Notes under the pieces: generated by a model | The model's database searches: none | Seen by the model: the letters and a program-made list of their open reading frames with translations, nothing else | Told to the model about the DNA's origin: nothing | Position numbers and translations under genes: made by a program | Shown here: positions 37,563-49,502 of the stretch, in pieces | Position numbering within the stretch: position 1 is the stretch's first letter | How the letters are laid out: every line of letters begins with the position of its first letter | NCBI GenBank assembly: GCA_032718475.1 | Contig: JAUCBJ010005889.1 | Location: forward strand, 1-49,502 | Length of the DNA: 49,502 nucleotides | Reading direction: 5' to 3' | DNA from: Nemertoderma westbladi | Taxonomy: Eukaryota; Animalia; Xenacoelomorpha

Positions 37563-38874
37563 TGTTTGGTTTGCTCTTTAGTTTCCTCAGTTTGTAGTTA
37601 CCGTGTACCGGTACGACGTGGCACGTGGTTGTTACTGGAGTTCAGATGTACTATGTAGTACTAGGCCTAAGTCCTGTTAATGCTGTACTGTGATATGGAC
37701 GTCCGATTTATAATAGACTAGAGGCTACAAGGAAGGACTGAAGGACATACAGTCAGAAAGTTACCTATCTCAGTCTGAGTCTGAGTCTAATCTCCATCAG
37801 TCCGTGTAGCAGAACTGTTAGTAGCACTGTAGGGTGAGTGAGTGGACAAGTGGACTTGACTTTTTAGGGGAAACTTGATTTTTTTTAAATAAATGAAAAA
37901 CGATTGTAAATTATTTCACAATACCACACAATAATGTTCAAAATACTTGTAGGCTGTTACACCCGCGCTGGCCGCGCAATAATGTTGTATTACCTTTTGG
38001 TTATTTTTTGTTTTATTGCCAATAAACGTTTTCTGGGTTCAAACGTAAATTTTTACCCTTTTTACTGTTTTAAAACGAATGAAAATTCGCACCCTTATTT
38101 TATGTCAACTGTCATATATTGATTTCCAGTTTTGTTTCAGCCGTTTTCAAATTGATCAATAGATTCATATACTTAGAGAACCATTACACCAGGGAACTCC
38201 AACTTAGGTGATTGACACTTACACAGACCAAACCCTCAATGGAACGGGAATACAATGGAGAAAGTAAAGGCACTTTTCTTTAACATTACCTTCCCTGCCT
38301 GCTTTATGTAGTAGCCGTAGCCCATCTATTAGAAGCCAAGCCAAATCAACCAACACTTTCTTCCCTCTTTGCAACTGTGCTTAGCATATAATACCGACAT
38401 CTGGGTCATTGACAGTTTAAAGTAAATGCCTCTGCCTCAGATGGCGGCATACATCAATTGAATTACAGGAAAATAATTAAAATGCTCCTGGATTGAAAAT
38501 TATACATGATATTTATTATGAAAAAGTGCCTTACCGCGTTAAAGTTTATTGCTGTTTCAATGAATGATATATTAATTATTTCGTCGTTGTTAGGAGAACC
38601 CAATTGAAAGACCACTTAAATTGGTATAAAATTTGGGTCAATAATTTGACAAATTAATAATCGCATTTGTTTCCCTTTTTCCCTGCTCTATTATAAAATA
38701 GACATGTTGAACATAGTTTTGATATTGATAATTTGAATGATAGTTTTGTTATTATACATAACAGTATTATAGGAACTGTTCTAGGGGTCGGGTCTTAACC
38801 TCAAATGATAAGTTAATTTGCCGATAATATATTTTAATATACATTAAATATTGTAATGATTTATTGTTTTGCAG

Positions 38875-39031
38875 ATCTGAGTTTGGGAACAAGAAGATGT
38901 CTTCTGTGACTCACCCCAAAGTGATGGTGACGGCCTGTCTGTGCGACAGGGTTCCCGCTCAATTACATCTTTTCCGTAACTTTAAGACGGCTGCTCGGAC
39001 CCGGCCATTCGCTTCCCAAGCAGCATTTCTG
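38875..39031 (+). CDS. PLA2G6: iPLA2-beta-like exon (SEFG...PKVMVTACLCDRVPAQLHLFRNF...)
   Basis: Acceptor ttttgcag|. Matches iPLA2-beta [23 protein letters not shown]. The best in-phase donor is the non-canonical GC site CTG|gcaagt. Confidence 0.88.
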
Positions 39032-39302
39032 GCAAGTAGCCTAATACTGTATATATATTTAATATTTCTACTTCAGTCGAAAGACGTCTTTTTGGAAGTT
39101 TCTAGGAAACATACTACTGGGAAAGAAATGGGGCGACTTAACAAATGGAATACGAATACCGTACACTACCGTTGAAGTATTCAACGTTCTTGAACCCTAT
39201 TTCCGAAAAATAATTCGCATATTTGAGCATCCTTCAATTGTGTTATAAATGATTAATAATTAATTAACTTTATATTTCGTACAATTTCATAATAATTAAT
39301 TA

Positions 39303-42300
39303 ACTCATAGTGGACCCAGTGGTCACAAGTCCTAGATAGACCATATTCTGTTTCGTAGGAAATACAGGAGCTCTATACAAGACTGTAGACGTAATGCATT
39401 TACACTTCGACCCTTCTCCAGTGATCACCGCTTCATTGTGGCCTAGGTAAGACTTAGTCAGCGTGCTAGCAAAACAACGAAATCTGCCTTGCCGCGGCAT
39501 GACTGGTCCTCTATTATGCAACAGCCAAGTGTGAGATCCAGCTTCACACTACAGCTGAGCAACAGGTATGAGGTTCTTGCCTCTGAGGCAGCAGATAACT
39601 GCGAGGGCTATACTGCCTTCACAGAAGCGGTTAAGCTAGCAGATGCAGAAACAGTTCCTGTATACCCACGAAACAGGAAAAGGCCCCCTGGACTGACCAC
39701 AAAATTCAGAAGTGCCGAAACGAACTCTATAAGGCGCAGAAAGAGTCCCGACTCAAACAGACTACAGCGCACAAGAATGCAGTTAAGGTTGCATCTAGGT
39801 CCCTGAACGAACAGGCAGTACTCTGTTAATCTACAGGAGCTAATATTTCAATTCAACGTTAAACTGGTCAAGCCGGCACATTAATAGTAAATGGGTCGGG
39901 CCATGATGTCGAATATACACAATAATTAAATAAAATAGCAACAGTAACAAACCATCACCAAAATCAATGACAAATAGTCAATAGTGACTAAGGTAGGCGC
40001 CAAGGATACCAGTGTAGGTCGGATCACGTGTAGTGTTATTCGAGCGTAGTGGTAGTGATGATTTGTGGTATGATAGCTGTGTGTCTCATGGGATGTTGTA
40101 AAATTCCAGAATTCGTTTCCTCCTAACGTCAAGGGACTTCGATTGGTGACTCAGGCAACTGGCGACAAACATACCGTTGAACTGGTCCGTAAGTGTCGGT
40201 TGGCAAATGTTTATGCTCGAGCAGAGGGCGCGGGGGTCATAAGCAAATACCATGATCGAGTACCACTTGGGCAATTCAAAGGTACGAGTGGCTTGGTGGT
40301 AGCCACCGAGCAAACCTGCATGGGGACCAACCTTGTTATCGTAGTTGTGTTGTGAGGAGAGGCGGAAGGCCAGTTGCAATGGAGTGTGTGCCCATACACT
40401 GTCTGATTGCAGTGACAGACATCGTTAGACAGCCGGATATATGATACAGGGTCGAGTTACTTATATATAATCCAAGGTGAAGGAGACCGCGTAGAGTCTT
40501 CCGGTAGTAGGCCTCTAGTTTATCGGTGTATGTTCCTGTTAGTCTCCCTATGTCAAGTTTGAGTCGGTACAGCACAACTGGGACAGCCAGGGTTCTCCAG
40601 AGCATGAATACTACGTCAGGATGCAGCCATTGTTGCGCCAGAATTTGTATGGAGTCTGCTAGTACACTGGAGTGTGGTGAGAGTTTATACCCTAAGAAAA
40701 TCAAGTGATTGCTGCTCGGTATTAGATATCCGTTAATGTTGATGAAGCGTGGTAGGTGTGCCGAGCCCCGTCTCATCATGATCCATTTTGTTTTGGATAG
40801 TTCTAGTTTCATGTCGACTTTCAACGCTTCAGCTTTGGTTATGTCTGCCATGTTCTCAATGTCTTTAGGGGTGGTCGCTAGCAGAATGAAGTCATCAGCA
40901 TATGCGAAAGCCCCCAACCAAATCGAGTCTACCCAGCAGCCAAGCTGCGAGTTCTTTAGGGCTTTGATCATGTCCATGGTGTACAGGTTAAAGAGGGTCG
41001 GAGATAGTAGCGATCCCTGTTTAATTCCTTTGTGTAGGCCTACTGAGATTGGTGTACAGTCTATGTTCGAGCCGAACTTGAGGAAGAATTTGCTTGAGAG
41101 GTAGTAGGACAGTATGGTCCTGACGATATGGGGATTCACGTACTCAAGGAGCTTCTTAGTCAGTAGTGCGTAGTCAACATCGTCAAACGCCGATTGTATG
41201 TCTATTTGGCAGGCGAACAAAGGGGAACCGTTAGATAGGTGATACTCGATACACTCTAGGATTGTGCTGACGACGATGTCCGCGCCAATATTCTTCTTAT
41301 GGGCAGTCTGGTATTCATGGGGTAGGACTGGATCCAGGAAGTGTACTAGGAGGATGTGTTCGAATATTTTTGCAAATATGGTAATCGATGCGATCGGACG
41401 ATACGAAGTAGGTTTTAGTTTGTCCCAGTCAGTTCAGAAGTTCGAAGCTCAGTTCGAAGCAGTTGTTGATGATGTTGGCTAGAATGTCACAAGTGGATTC
41501 AGGTTCCAAGTGGAGTAGATGTTCAAGAGTGAGGGATGCAGCGTCTGGGGCTTTGCCAGTTGAGAGACTCCGAATATCTTTCTTCACAGCCAGCGGAGAT
41601 ATTGTGGGAGTTTTATATGTTTACATTTGTCTGCAAGCTCTTTCTGAATTTGTTCGATGCCGCTCTTATTCAGATCACCTGAAAATTTGTCATTGTAGTG
41701 TTCTCTTAATGTAGCTTGCATGCTGGTCCAAACCAACAGGTTGATGCCATCAATGATGCTGACGACAGCAGGCAATCATCCCTGGCATGGAAATCAATCA
41801 ACTTGCTTACTCGGCGGAAAAGCCAACCAACCACCAAGGTTAAGGCAGAATCACCAGCCGATCGCCTCAATGGTTGGAAGGCCCACTTTGAATAGTTCCT
41901 CAATATTGACAGGGTATTGTCCGATAACTTTATAGAAGTAAAGGTGTCTGAGTCTGTACTCCCAGATATTTCCATTGCCGATATCTCCTTTGCAAAAGTG
42001 AAGGATGCTGCAAAGAGCATTAAGACCAATCGTGCCAGTGGAGTATATGGTGTTCCCCCTGAGGTCTTTATAAATTACAAAAGTGTTTAAAGCTCATCTA
42101 TCCCATCATAGTAGACATGTACAGAACAACAAGAGTCCCACAAGAAATGAAAACAAATAAGTTGGGGCCAGTTCCCAAGAAGGGCAACTAACTCCCTATG
42201 CCTAACACTCTATGGTTCTTTTCGGGGAATCTCATTGATCTTGATTGCTGCAAAGCTATACAATAGAATTCTATTAAATCGCATCAGGTATCCCATTGAG

Positions 42301-43468
42301 AGACTGCTCCGTGGAAATCAGAATGGGTTCCGTAAAGGTCGTTGGACCATGGAGCCAATTTTGGCACTTAGAAGGGTAATTGAAGAGTTATCAAAAAAGA
42401 AAGACAGGCATCTGGCTGTTATCTTTGTTGACTTCTTCAAGGCCTTTGATTCAGTCTCTCGCTTACGTATGTTCAGCATACTTTCATTATATGGGATTCC
42501 TGAAGAAATTATTGCAGCAATCAGATCAATATACGATGGTTCGACAACATTTGTGTCTACTGTTGATGGTGACAGAACCATTTGAAGTGTTATGGGGAGT
42601 CCTCCAAGGAGACACACTTGCGCCATTCGTGTTCATAATTGTGGTTGACTATGTTCTACGCATGTCCTTAGATCATCATAATGATGATGGGGTGATGATA
42701 ACTCCATCTACTGGCTCCAGAAGTCGAGGAAATCCTGCCAACTACCTAACTGATCTCGACTTTGCTGATGATTTAGGAGTACTCTCAGAATCACTAGAGG
42801 GAGCCCAACGGCTCCTCAGCTCATTAGAACAGGCTGCTTCTAGTTTTGGTCTTTTTATTAACTCCAAAAGGACCAAAATTTCGAATACGTAAGGGAAAGG
42901 CATGGGCAGCCTTGAATAGGCTTTCCAGGATTTGGAAGTCACACAGAATTAATCGTCCGGTTATAAATAAAGTTAACTTAAGGTCCGATTATTTCGAGCA
43001 GCAATAGTTCCAGTACTCCTCTATGGGAGTCCATGCAGGGCTCTAACTGCTGAGGACACCAAATCTCTGGATGCCACATTCACAAGAATGCTACGCCGGG
43101 TTCATTGTGTCAAGTACAATGCACACATCTCCAACCAGACACTATATAACATTGGATGTGTCTCATTGGTTCCCCAAAGCTTGATACTAGAACAAAGTCG
43201 CCTCCGCTTTGCAGGACATTGCTTTCGCCGTGAGGACCAGCCAGTGCATAATCTTGTGCTTTGGCAGCCTCATGGAGTGAATAAGCATGGTGGACACCCC
43301 ACGACTTTCTTGAGACGCATGTTAAGGGACATTGGCCTTGAAAATGCGGATGAACTAGCAAATGTCATGGGCGATAGGGAGTTGTGGCGGCGCAATTTTG
43401 ACGACAAGCCGGCACAGCATTCTTAAAAATGCAGCTGCAATGCAGCATGCCGATCCTAGTAGTAGTAG
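39303..43468 (+). mobile_element. Long decayed RTE-like LINE, interrupted by a second LINE
   Basis: APE endonuclease end (IDHIL...SDHR) at about 39335-39430. RT motifs QNGFRKGR, FVDFFKAFDS, GVLQGDTLAP and LDFADD. (TAG)n tail at 43457-43468. Multiple stops and frameshifts. Confidence 0.88.
39845..41711 (-). mobile_element. L2/CR1-group LINE fragment inserted antisense within the RTE-like LINE
   Basis: RT motifs DIQSAFD, GIKQGSLLSPTLFNLY, YADD and upstream LSTGKAPD. TTGAA-type tail near 39846-39860. RTE coding sequence resumes at about 41712. Confidence 0.82.
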
Positions 43469-43495
43469 CGTTTAAGTACCTGTGCTATTTCACAG

Positions 43496-43712
43496 CCTAC
43501 ATATGATCCAGATGAGCAAGAGGTCTGGTCTGCCGGTATGGCATCGGGGGCCGCGCCAACTTACTTCCCGCCAATGGGCCGTTTCCTTGACGGCGGTCTG
43601 CTAGCAAACAACCCGACGATGGACGCCCTCACCGAGATTCACGACCACTACAAGGAACTCCGTTGCCGAGGTGACACCCAATCGCCACGGTTGGGTCTAG
43701 TGCTAAGTATTG
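43496..43712 (+). CDS. PLA2G6: iPLA2-beta-like exon with the catalytic aspartate motif DGG
   Basis: Acceptor ttcacag|, translation PTYDPDEQEVWSAGMASGAAPTYFPPMGRFLDGGLLANNPTMDALTEIH...LVLSI, donor |gtgagt (phase 1). Confidence 0.93.
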
Positions 43713-44110
43713 GTGAGTAATGCAGTATATGTGGATATACCGCGCTATATTATTAATACTCAATTGTCTGTCTCCGTATGTGGTCAAACCGATAATGAAA
43801 TCCCTTCAGGTTGTATCTGACTTACTCGAGTCAGTATAGCGGACGGATGGAAATTGTAATGAATTTAATGAAACTACTGCACTTATCTCGGCGAAAACTA
43901 ACCTCATGTAATGCAAAGGAAGCGCCAGCCAGACAATAGTTTTTTTCTCCGTTTTATCCTTCCTTCGGTGCTTCTAGGATTGGTAAAATAGTCTAAAATT
44001 ACTAAAGTTTCTAATATATTCAGTTTGTATGATTGGATACTATTAATTGTCAAAGTTGATGAAATTATAATGTGCGACGTAATTTAATTTTACGACCTAC
44101 TCTAGAGGTA

Positions 44111-46060
44111 GATGTGCGGATCTAGGACACTTCCCCCCCGGACAGTTCCCCCCTGACACATCCCCCCTGACACTTCCCCCCTGACACTTCCCCCCTGACA
44201 CTTCCCCCCTGACACTTCCCCCCTGACACTTCCCCCCTGACACTTCCCCCCTGACACTTCCCCCCTGACACTTCCCCCCTGACACTTCCCCCCTGACACT
44301 TCCCCCCTGACACTTCCCCCCTGACACTTCCCCCCTGACACTTCCCCCCTGACACTTCCCCCCTGACACTTCCCCCTGACACTTCCCCCCTGACACTTCC
44401 CCCCTGACACTTCCACCCTGACACTTCCCCCCTGACACTTCCCCCCTGACACTTCCCCCCTGACACTTCCCCCCTGACACTTCCCCCCTGACACTTCCCC
44501 CCCGCCCAAGTAGGACACTTCCCCCCTGACACTTCCCCCCTGACACTTCCCCCTGACACTTCCCCCCTGACACTTCCCCCCTGACACTTCCCCCCCGCCC
44601 AAGTAGGACACTTCCCCCCTGACACTTCCCCCCTGACACTTCCCCCCTGACACTTCCCCCCTGACACTTCCCCCTGACACTTCCCCCCTGACACTTCCCC
44701 CTGACACTTCCCCCCTGACACTTCCCCCCTGACACTTCCACCCTGACACTTCCCCCCTGACACTTCCCCCCTGACACTTCCCCCCTGACACTTCCCCCCT
44801 GACACTTCCCCCCTGACACTTCCCCACTGACACTTCCCCCCTGACACTTCCCCCTGACACTTCCCCCCTGACACTTCCCCCCTGACACTTCCACCCTGAC
44901 ACTTCCCCCCTGACACTTCCCCCCTGACACTTCCCCCCTGACACTTCCCCCCTGACACTTCCCCCTGACACTTCCCCCCTGACACTTCCCCCCTGACACT
45001 TCCCCCCTGACACTTCCCCCCTGACACTTCCCCCCTGACACTTCCACCCTGACACTTCCCCCCTGACACTTCCCCCCTGACACTTCCCCCCTGACACTTC
45101 CCCCCTGACACTTCCACCCTGACACTTCCCCCCTGACACTTCCCCCCTGACACTTCCCCCCTGACACTTCCCCCTGACACTTCCCCCCTGACACTTCCCC
45201 CCTGACACTTCCCCCCTGACACTTCCCCCCTGACACTTCCCCCCTGACACTTCCCCCCTGACACTTCCACCCTGACACTTCCCCCCTGACACTTCCCCCC
45301 TGACACTTCCCCCCTGACACTTCCCCCTGACACTTCCCCCCTGACACTTCCCCCCTGACACTTCCCCCCCGCCCAAGTAGGACACTTCCCCCCTGACACT
45401 TCCCCCCTGACACTTCCCCCCTGACACTTCCCCCCCTGACACTTCCCCCCCTGACACTTCCCCCCTGACACTTCCCCCCCGCCCAAGTAGGACACTTCCC
45501 CTCCCCCCAGGAAATTTAATTAATTTATCAATATGTAATGCTGAACACAGAATACATGTCGACGCATGTCGATTTTACCCTGGAGAGGTATAATTTTGAT
45601 TGCAACAATAATATTCATCCCCATCTGCTACAACTTGAAGAAGACTATTACATAATAATACCTATAATTAAAACAATTTATTATTATAATTCTATAGTTA
45701 ATAAAAACAGTATATCTTTCGGGGGATGGAATTTATAGGTCATCTAATTAATTGTTTAAAGATTAGCAAACAATACGATGTAATTGCATTGATAAAATCA
45801 ATAAATAAAACTTGGATACAAAATGTAAAATCGGGATGCAAAAGATCACTTTCTGAGCTAAGAAAGGAAAATTGTTTACAACTTGTCTGGATACAAGCGG
45901 TCCGTTTAACATACAAAATGAAAAATAAGAATGTGCGAAGTTAAGAACAGTCGGGGGGGAAGTGTCCGGGGGGGGGGGGGTGTCTGGGGGGAAGTGTCCG
46001 GGGGGTAAGTGTCCTACTTGAACGGGGGGTAACTGTCCGGAAGGAAGAGTCCGCACACCG
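44111..46060. mobile_element. Non-autonomous TIR element with a greatly expanded subterminal repeat
   Basis: The left array units GACACTTCCCCCCT and CAAGTAGGACACTT reappear inverted at 45951-46060 (AAGTGTCCGGGGGG, AAGTGTCCTACTTG). No clear TSD. Confidence 0.6.
44125..45510. repeat. 14-bp C-rich minisatellite (GACACTTCCCCCCT)n, roughly 95-100 copies
   Basis: Directly visible. It gives 14-aa periodic artefact ORFs in all three minus frames. Confidence 0.97.
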
Positions 46061-46202
46061 GTTGGTTATTTACCACTCACGCACCGGTGAGGGTGAACAG
46101 GCCTTAAGCTTCATTCTGAGTTTCCTCTGTTTGTTAGCTTTGTAACTTTATCTTCTATCTCCACTCACAGATAATGTACTGTATTTATGAACTCCTCCAC
46201 AG

Positions 46203-46416
46203 GGACTGGACGTATGCCGACGGAGAGACTTTGTACTCCCAACATCACAATGCCCTCATCTATGATCGATATATTTGCGGGGACCATGGGGCTGGTTACC
46301 AGCGCCAAGGATCTTACCAAGATACTTACTGAAGCGATGACCGATTCTGAAGGTCGTGTTGTCGAGAGATCTAGGGCGTGGTGTGATTCTATGCAAGTTC
46401 CTTATTTCCGGTTGAG
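46203..46416 (+). CDS. PLA2G6: iPLA2-beta-like exon (GTGRMP...DSEGRVVERSRAWCDSMQVPYFRL)
   Basis: Acceptor ctccacag| in phase 1. Matches iPLA2-beta GTGRSP...[22 protein letters not shown]. Donor AG|gtcagt in phase 2. Confidence 0.92.
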
Positions 46417-46490
46417 GTCAGTCAGTCAGTCAGTCAGTCAGTCAGTCAGTCAGTCAGTCAGTCAGTCAGTCAGTCAGTCAGTCAGTCAGT
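46417..46490. repeat. (GTCA)n microsatellite beginning at the splice donor
   Basis: Directly visible, about 18 units. Confidence 0.95.
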
Positions 46491-47223
46491 ATTTAACTAA
46501 CCTTCTTCATGCTCAGTCTAAGTATTAGTATCAGAGTTAAAGGTTAGCTGATCAACCCAGATGATTAGATGACATTTTTAATCCTACTACCGTAACTGCT
46601 TTACTGATTGATATAAGTTTCTTATGGGAAGAAAGTAATCTTAATTTAGCGATGCTACTGAATTATAAATGTATTGAAAACCGAATTTTTTTAAATTAAT
46701 ATTTATTTTTACCTGAGTGCTTGGATGCTTGTTTTTAAATTATCTTTCTTTGGCGGTCCAGTTCACCGTGTTATCCATCCAGTTCGGTTTACTTCGGCCC
46801 AGTTCGCACTATGTAATGGTATTGTTACATGTTGTATGCATTTTTAAAACTAAACCCTTTAAATTATACAGATCCCACTTAATCCCGTCAAAATTGTCAG
46901 TCCTTTAAATATATATATCGCTTTTATTACTTGGAATTGCTGCCACCCAATGGAATAATATCGAGTAAGTGTTCTGGAACACACACCCACCAAATATTGA
47001 AACTTATTAGAATTGCATATAAAGTCAATATGTCGCATAATTTGTTGACTTTTGTGAAAATCCCCAATGATGCTAACTGGGTATCCCCGCATAATAATTC
47101 TTAACATTAACACACATGCACTCGCACTCACATGCAAGCTCCAACGCAATATTTGTCGACTATAAAGTTTTCGCATTCGTTATGATTATGAATTATAACT
47201 AAAGATACATTTTTTTGTTGCAG

Positions 47224-47395
47224 CCCAATTATGTCAACTGATGTCCCATTGAACACATCAGATAATGAAACTTTGCTGCGTATGATATGGGAAACGCAAG
47301 TCTACCTCCATCAACACAGAGAACAATTAGTTATCCTAGCTGATCTTCTGTGTGACAGAAACCCAAAGAATTTTACTACAGTTGTTACAGTGTAG
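47224..47395 (+). CDS. PLA2G6: iPLA2-beta-like terminal exon
   Basis: Acceptor ttgcag| in phase 2. Translates SPIMSTDVPLNTSDNETLLRMIWETQVYLHQHREQL...TTVVTV*, matching ...LWETEVYIYEHREEF. AATAAA at 47549-47554. Not in the ORF track. Confidence 0.9.
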
Positions 47396-47622
47396 TTTAA
47401 AAAAATTTAATTACGATTACTCTCGAACACATGCATTTTGTCCACCGTTATGTGACTTTGTGCTATAAATTATTTGTTAATGCAACTAATGCCAATCCTT
47501 TTTACAGTGATATTAGCATACATTAATTTATATTTAATTCGTAGAGTAAATAAAATAAAAATAAATATAATATAAATGGCCTTGCGGCAGAATAAAGTCA
47601 TTTTCATCAGGGACTATGTTAA

Positions 47623-48013
47623 CCCTTTATCGCACCGAACAGGCGATTTGATTTTAATGAAAAAAATTTAATTTATGTTTTTTGGTAATAAAATGCTGCC
47701 AGTTCTGTCAATTATAACAAAAAAAGCCAACATTTTATAATTGTGTGTGTTTCACATCACTGTTTTTAGAAGTACTAAAGTGCTAACAAACAGCAGTCCT
47801 GCAATGGTAAAGTTAACTGTTTTAAAGTGCCAACAATCCCTGAAAAACGTTGTTAAGAGAAGTTGACTAATTCCGGGTTCCGATTGGCTCATTTCCAAGT
47901 GACCCCTTTGCAAACAGAAATTAAAAGTACTATTTTTAGTGGTGACAAAAAAAGCAAATAAAGGCCCGACCAAAAAAATAAAAGCCAATTCAGTTCAGGA
48001 TTATTGAAAAGGG
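47623..48013. mobile_element. Possible piggyBac-like MITE
   Basis: TTAA-CCCTTT...AAAGGG-TAAA ends only; the TIR is very short and the right TSD is imperfect. Confidence 0.3.
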
Positions 48014-48229
48014 TAAAGTGCTAACTGTTAGCACTAAAGAGTTTCTTCATAAGACATTTTGTTAGCTAATTTTGTTGTATAATTATTGCATAGCAATCCA
48101 GACCAGATGTTAGAGTTTTATAACTAACAAATTGAAATAAATTGATTATTAATCGGCCAACAGAAAGCATAAAGTGCTAACATTAATTAGGCCTATCCAT
48201 ATATTAAATGTCTTTGCAAATAGTTCATT

Positions 48230-48690
48230 ATTATAACTTTTGTTAGGCACAGCTTTGCAAAGTCGGCAATGACGTCCAGGTGGGATCGAACTGGTGACCT
48301 CCGGGTTGGATGTCTGACGCTCTAACCATGTCCGCAATTTACCTCCTCATGGCCTCCCATCTGCCAATACCATCATATGCTGCCACTGTACTCAACCCTA
48401 TCGTACTTGGCCGTCTTTAACCACTCGCTACAATGAAGGGGTAGTGTATATTAACCATGAACCATCACGGCCACAACGATTAATTATACACTTTAACTAC
48501 TAATTTCGGTAGGACAGTTACACCCAGAGATAAATGCGACCGGTATATTTATAGTTTATTATTGGTGTTATGGGTGAATGAATGGTTTCATATTATTATA
48601 ACTTTTGTTGGGAGCTTTGAAAACTCGGTATTGACGTCCAGGTGGGATCGAATTGGTGACCTCCGGGTTGGAAATCTGACGCTCTGAAGA
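48230..48690 (-). mobile_element. SINE-head/dispersed-repeat composite, copy 2
   Basis: Two tRNA-like heads (minus strand GTTAGAGCGTCAGA...GTTCGATCCCACCTGG) flank the ~300-bp repeat shared with 17334-17640. Confidence 0.7.
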
Positions 48691-49502
48691 CAGCCAAGTA
48701 ATGTATGGTTGAGCTCAGTGGCAGCAGATGATGGTAGGCAAGTAAATGGTAGGCAAACGCGACTGACCGGACCCGTTGACAGGACGCATTGATCGGACCT
48801 ATTGCCATTTAAAGGGGCAGGTTAGTAAAGGAGCAGGTTACATAGGCGAGTTGGGGGGACCAAAACAATAAACGAAAGTTACCACATGTTACACGTTTTA
48901 TGGGTCCGGTCACAAAAGTTGAGGTAATAAGAGTCAGCTCAAATCAATAATACACAAGTAAAATATAAATCAAATATAAAGACGGTATTTAGAGGGTCCG
49001 GTCAATGGGTCAGGTCAGTAGCCACCCCCCGAATCCGCAACTTCCATTGTCGATTGTCAGCCAATAACGATAATTAACATTTACCATAATTACAATACCA
49101 TAATTACCGGGCGGTAATATTATTTTCTAGCCGGGTGCCGGCAGTTTACAGTTACTGCTTTATTCGTTAATCGTGTCATTAAGTTAAATTATCATATATT
49201 GATATAGGCTACTGCAGCTGAGTGCAGCAATGACTATTATTAAAATCAATTACGTGAAGTGGCAATTTACTGTTGCAAGCAAGCAAGCACGCAAGTATCT
49301 GAGGTATGTTTTCAGTGTATGTAATGATGTATTTTTTTATACATAACTCAACTGCATAATGTACTGATGTATAAATCTGGAATCTGGCTCTATCAGACTA
49401 CAGGCGCAACATTTTATATGGAAAACATGAGACAGGGGGGGAAACTCGACGCAAAACCCGCCTTGGCGAATTAATATCCCGCCTCAATGTTACATTTTCA
49501 AT

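Noticed and set aside
40336-42892. Reverse transcriptase ORFs as a retron, DGR or other novel RT system
   Set aside because: The motifs, APE remnant, tails and decay identify ordinary non-LTR retrotransposon fragments.
44097-45495. Gly-rich ORFs of 438-457 aa
   Set aside because: Translations of the 14-bp minisatellite in all three frames.
48270-48335. tRNA gene
   Set aside because: It has A/B-box-like motifs but no complete cloverleaf or acceptor stem, and it recurs with repeat bodies, so it is a SINE head.

Overview
Animal (metazoan) nuclear genomic DNA, AT-rich and repeat-rich; the taxon cannot be fixed from this window. The main structure is missed by the ORF track. The 3' half of a + strand calcium-independent phospholipase A2 gene (iPLA2-beta/PLA2G6-like patatin domain) is split over five exons (2814-2994, 38875-39031, 43496-43712, 46203-46416, 47224-47395) that join in frame. 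Its first visible intron is about 35.9 kb (2995-38874). That intron holds a gene cluster: an orphan 604-aa ORF, a secreted fascin-like beta-trefoil + aerolysin-like pore-forming protein candidate, intronless Nup88, RAB5IF and AMPK-alpha, and a 4-exon eIF3c. An intronless cathepsin D (612-1787) probably lies in the preceding iPLA2 intron. The rest is nested transposon debris (P-superfamily, Sola1, RTE-like and L2/CR1-like LINEs, a tRNA-SINE, MITEs/foldbacks), satellites and many TA-flanked footprint-like motifs. All identifications are by eye from remembered motifs; no searches were run.
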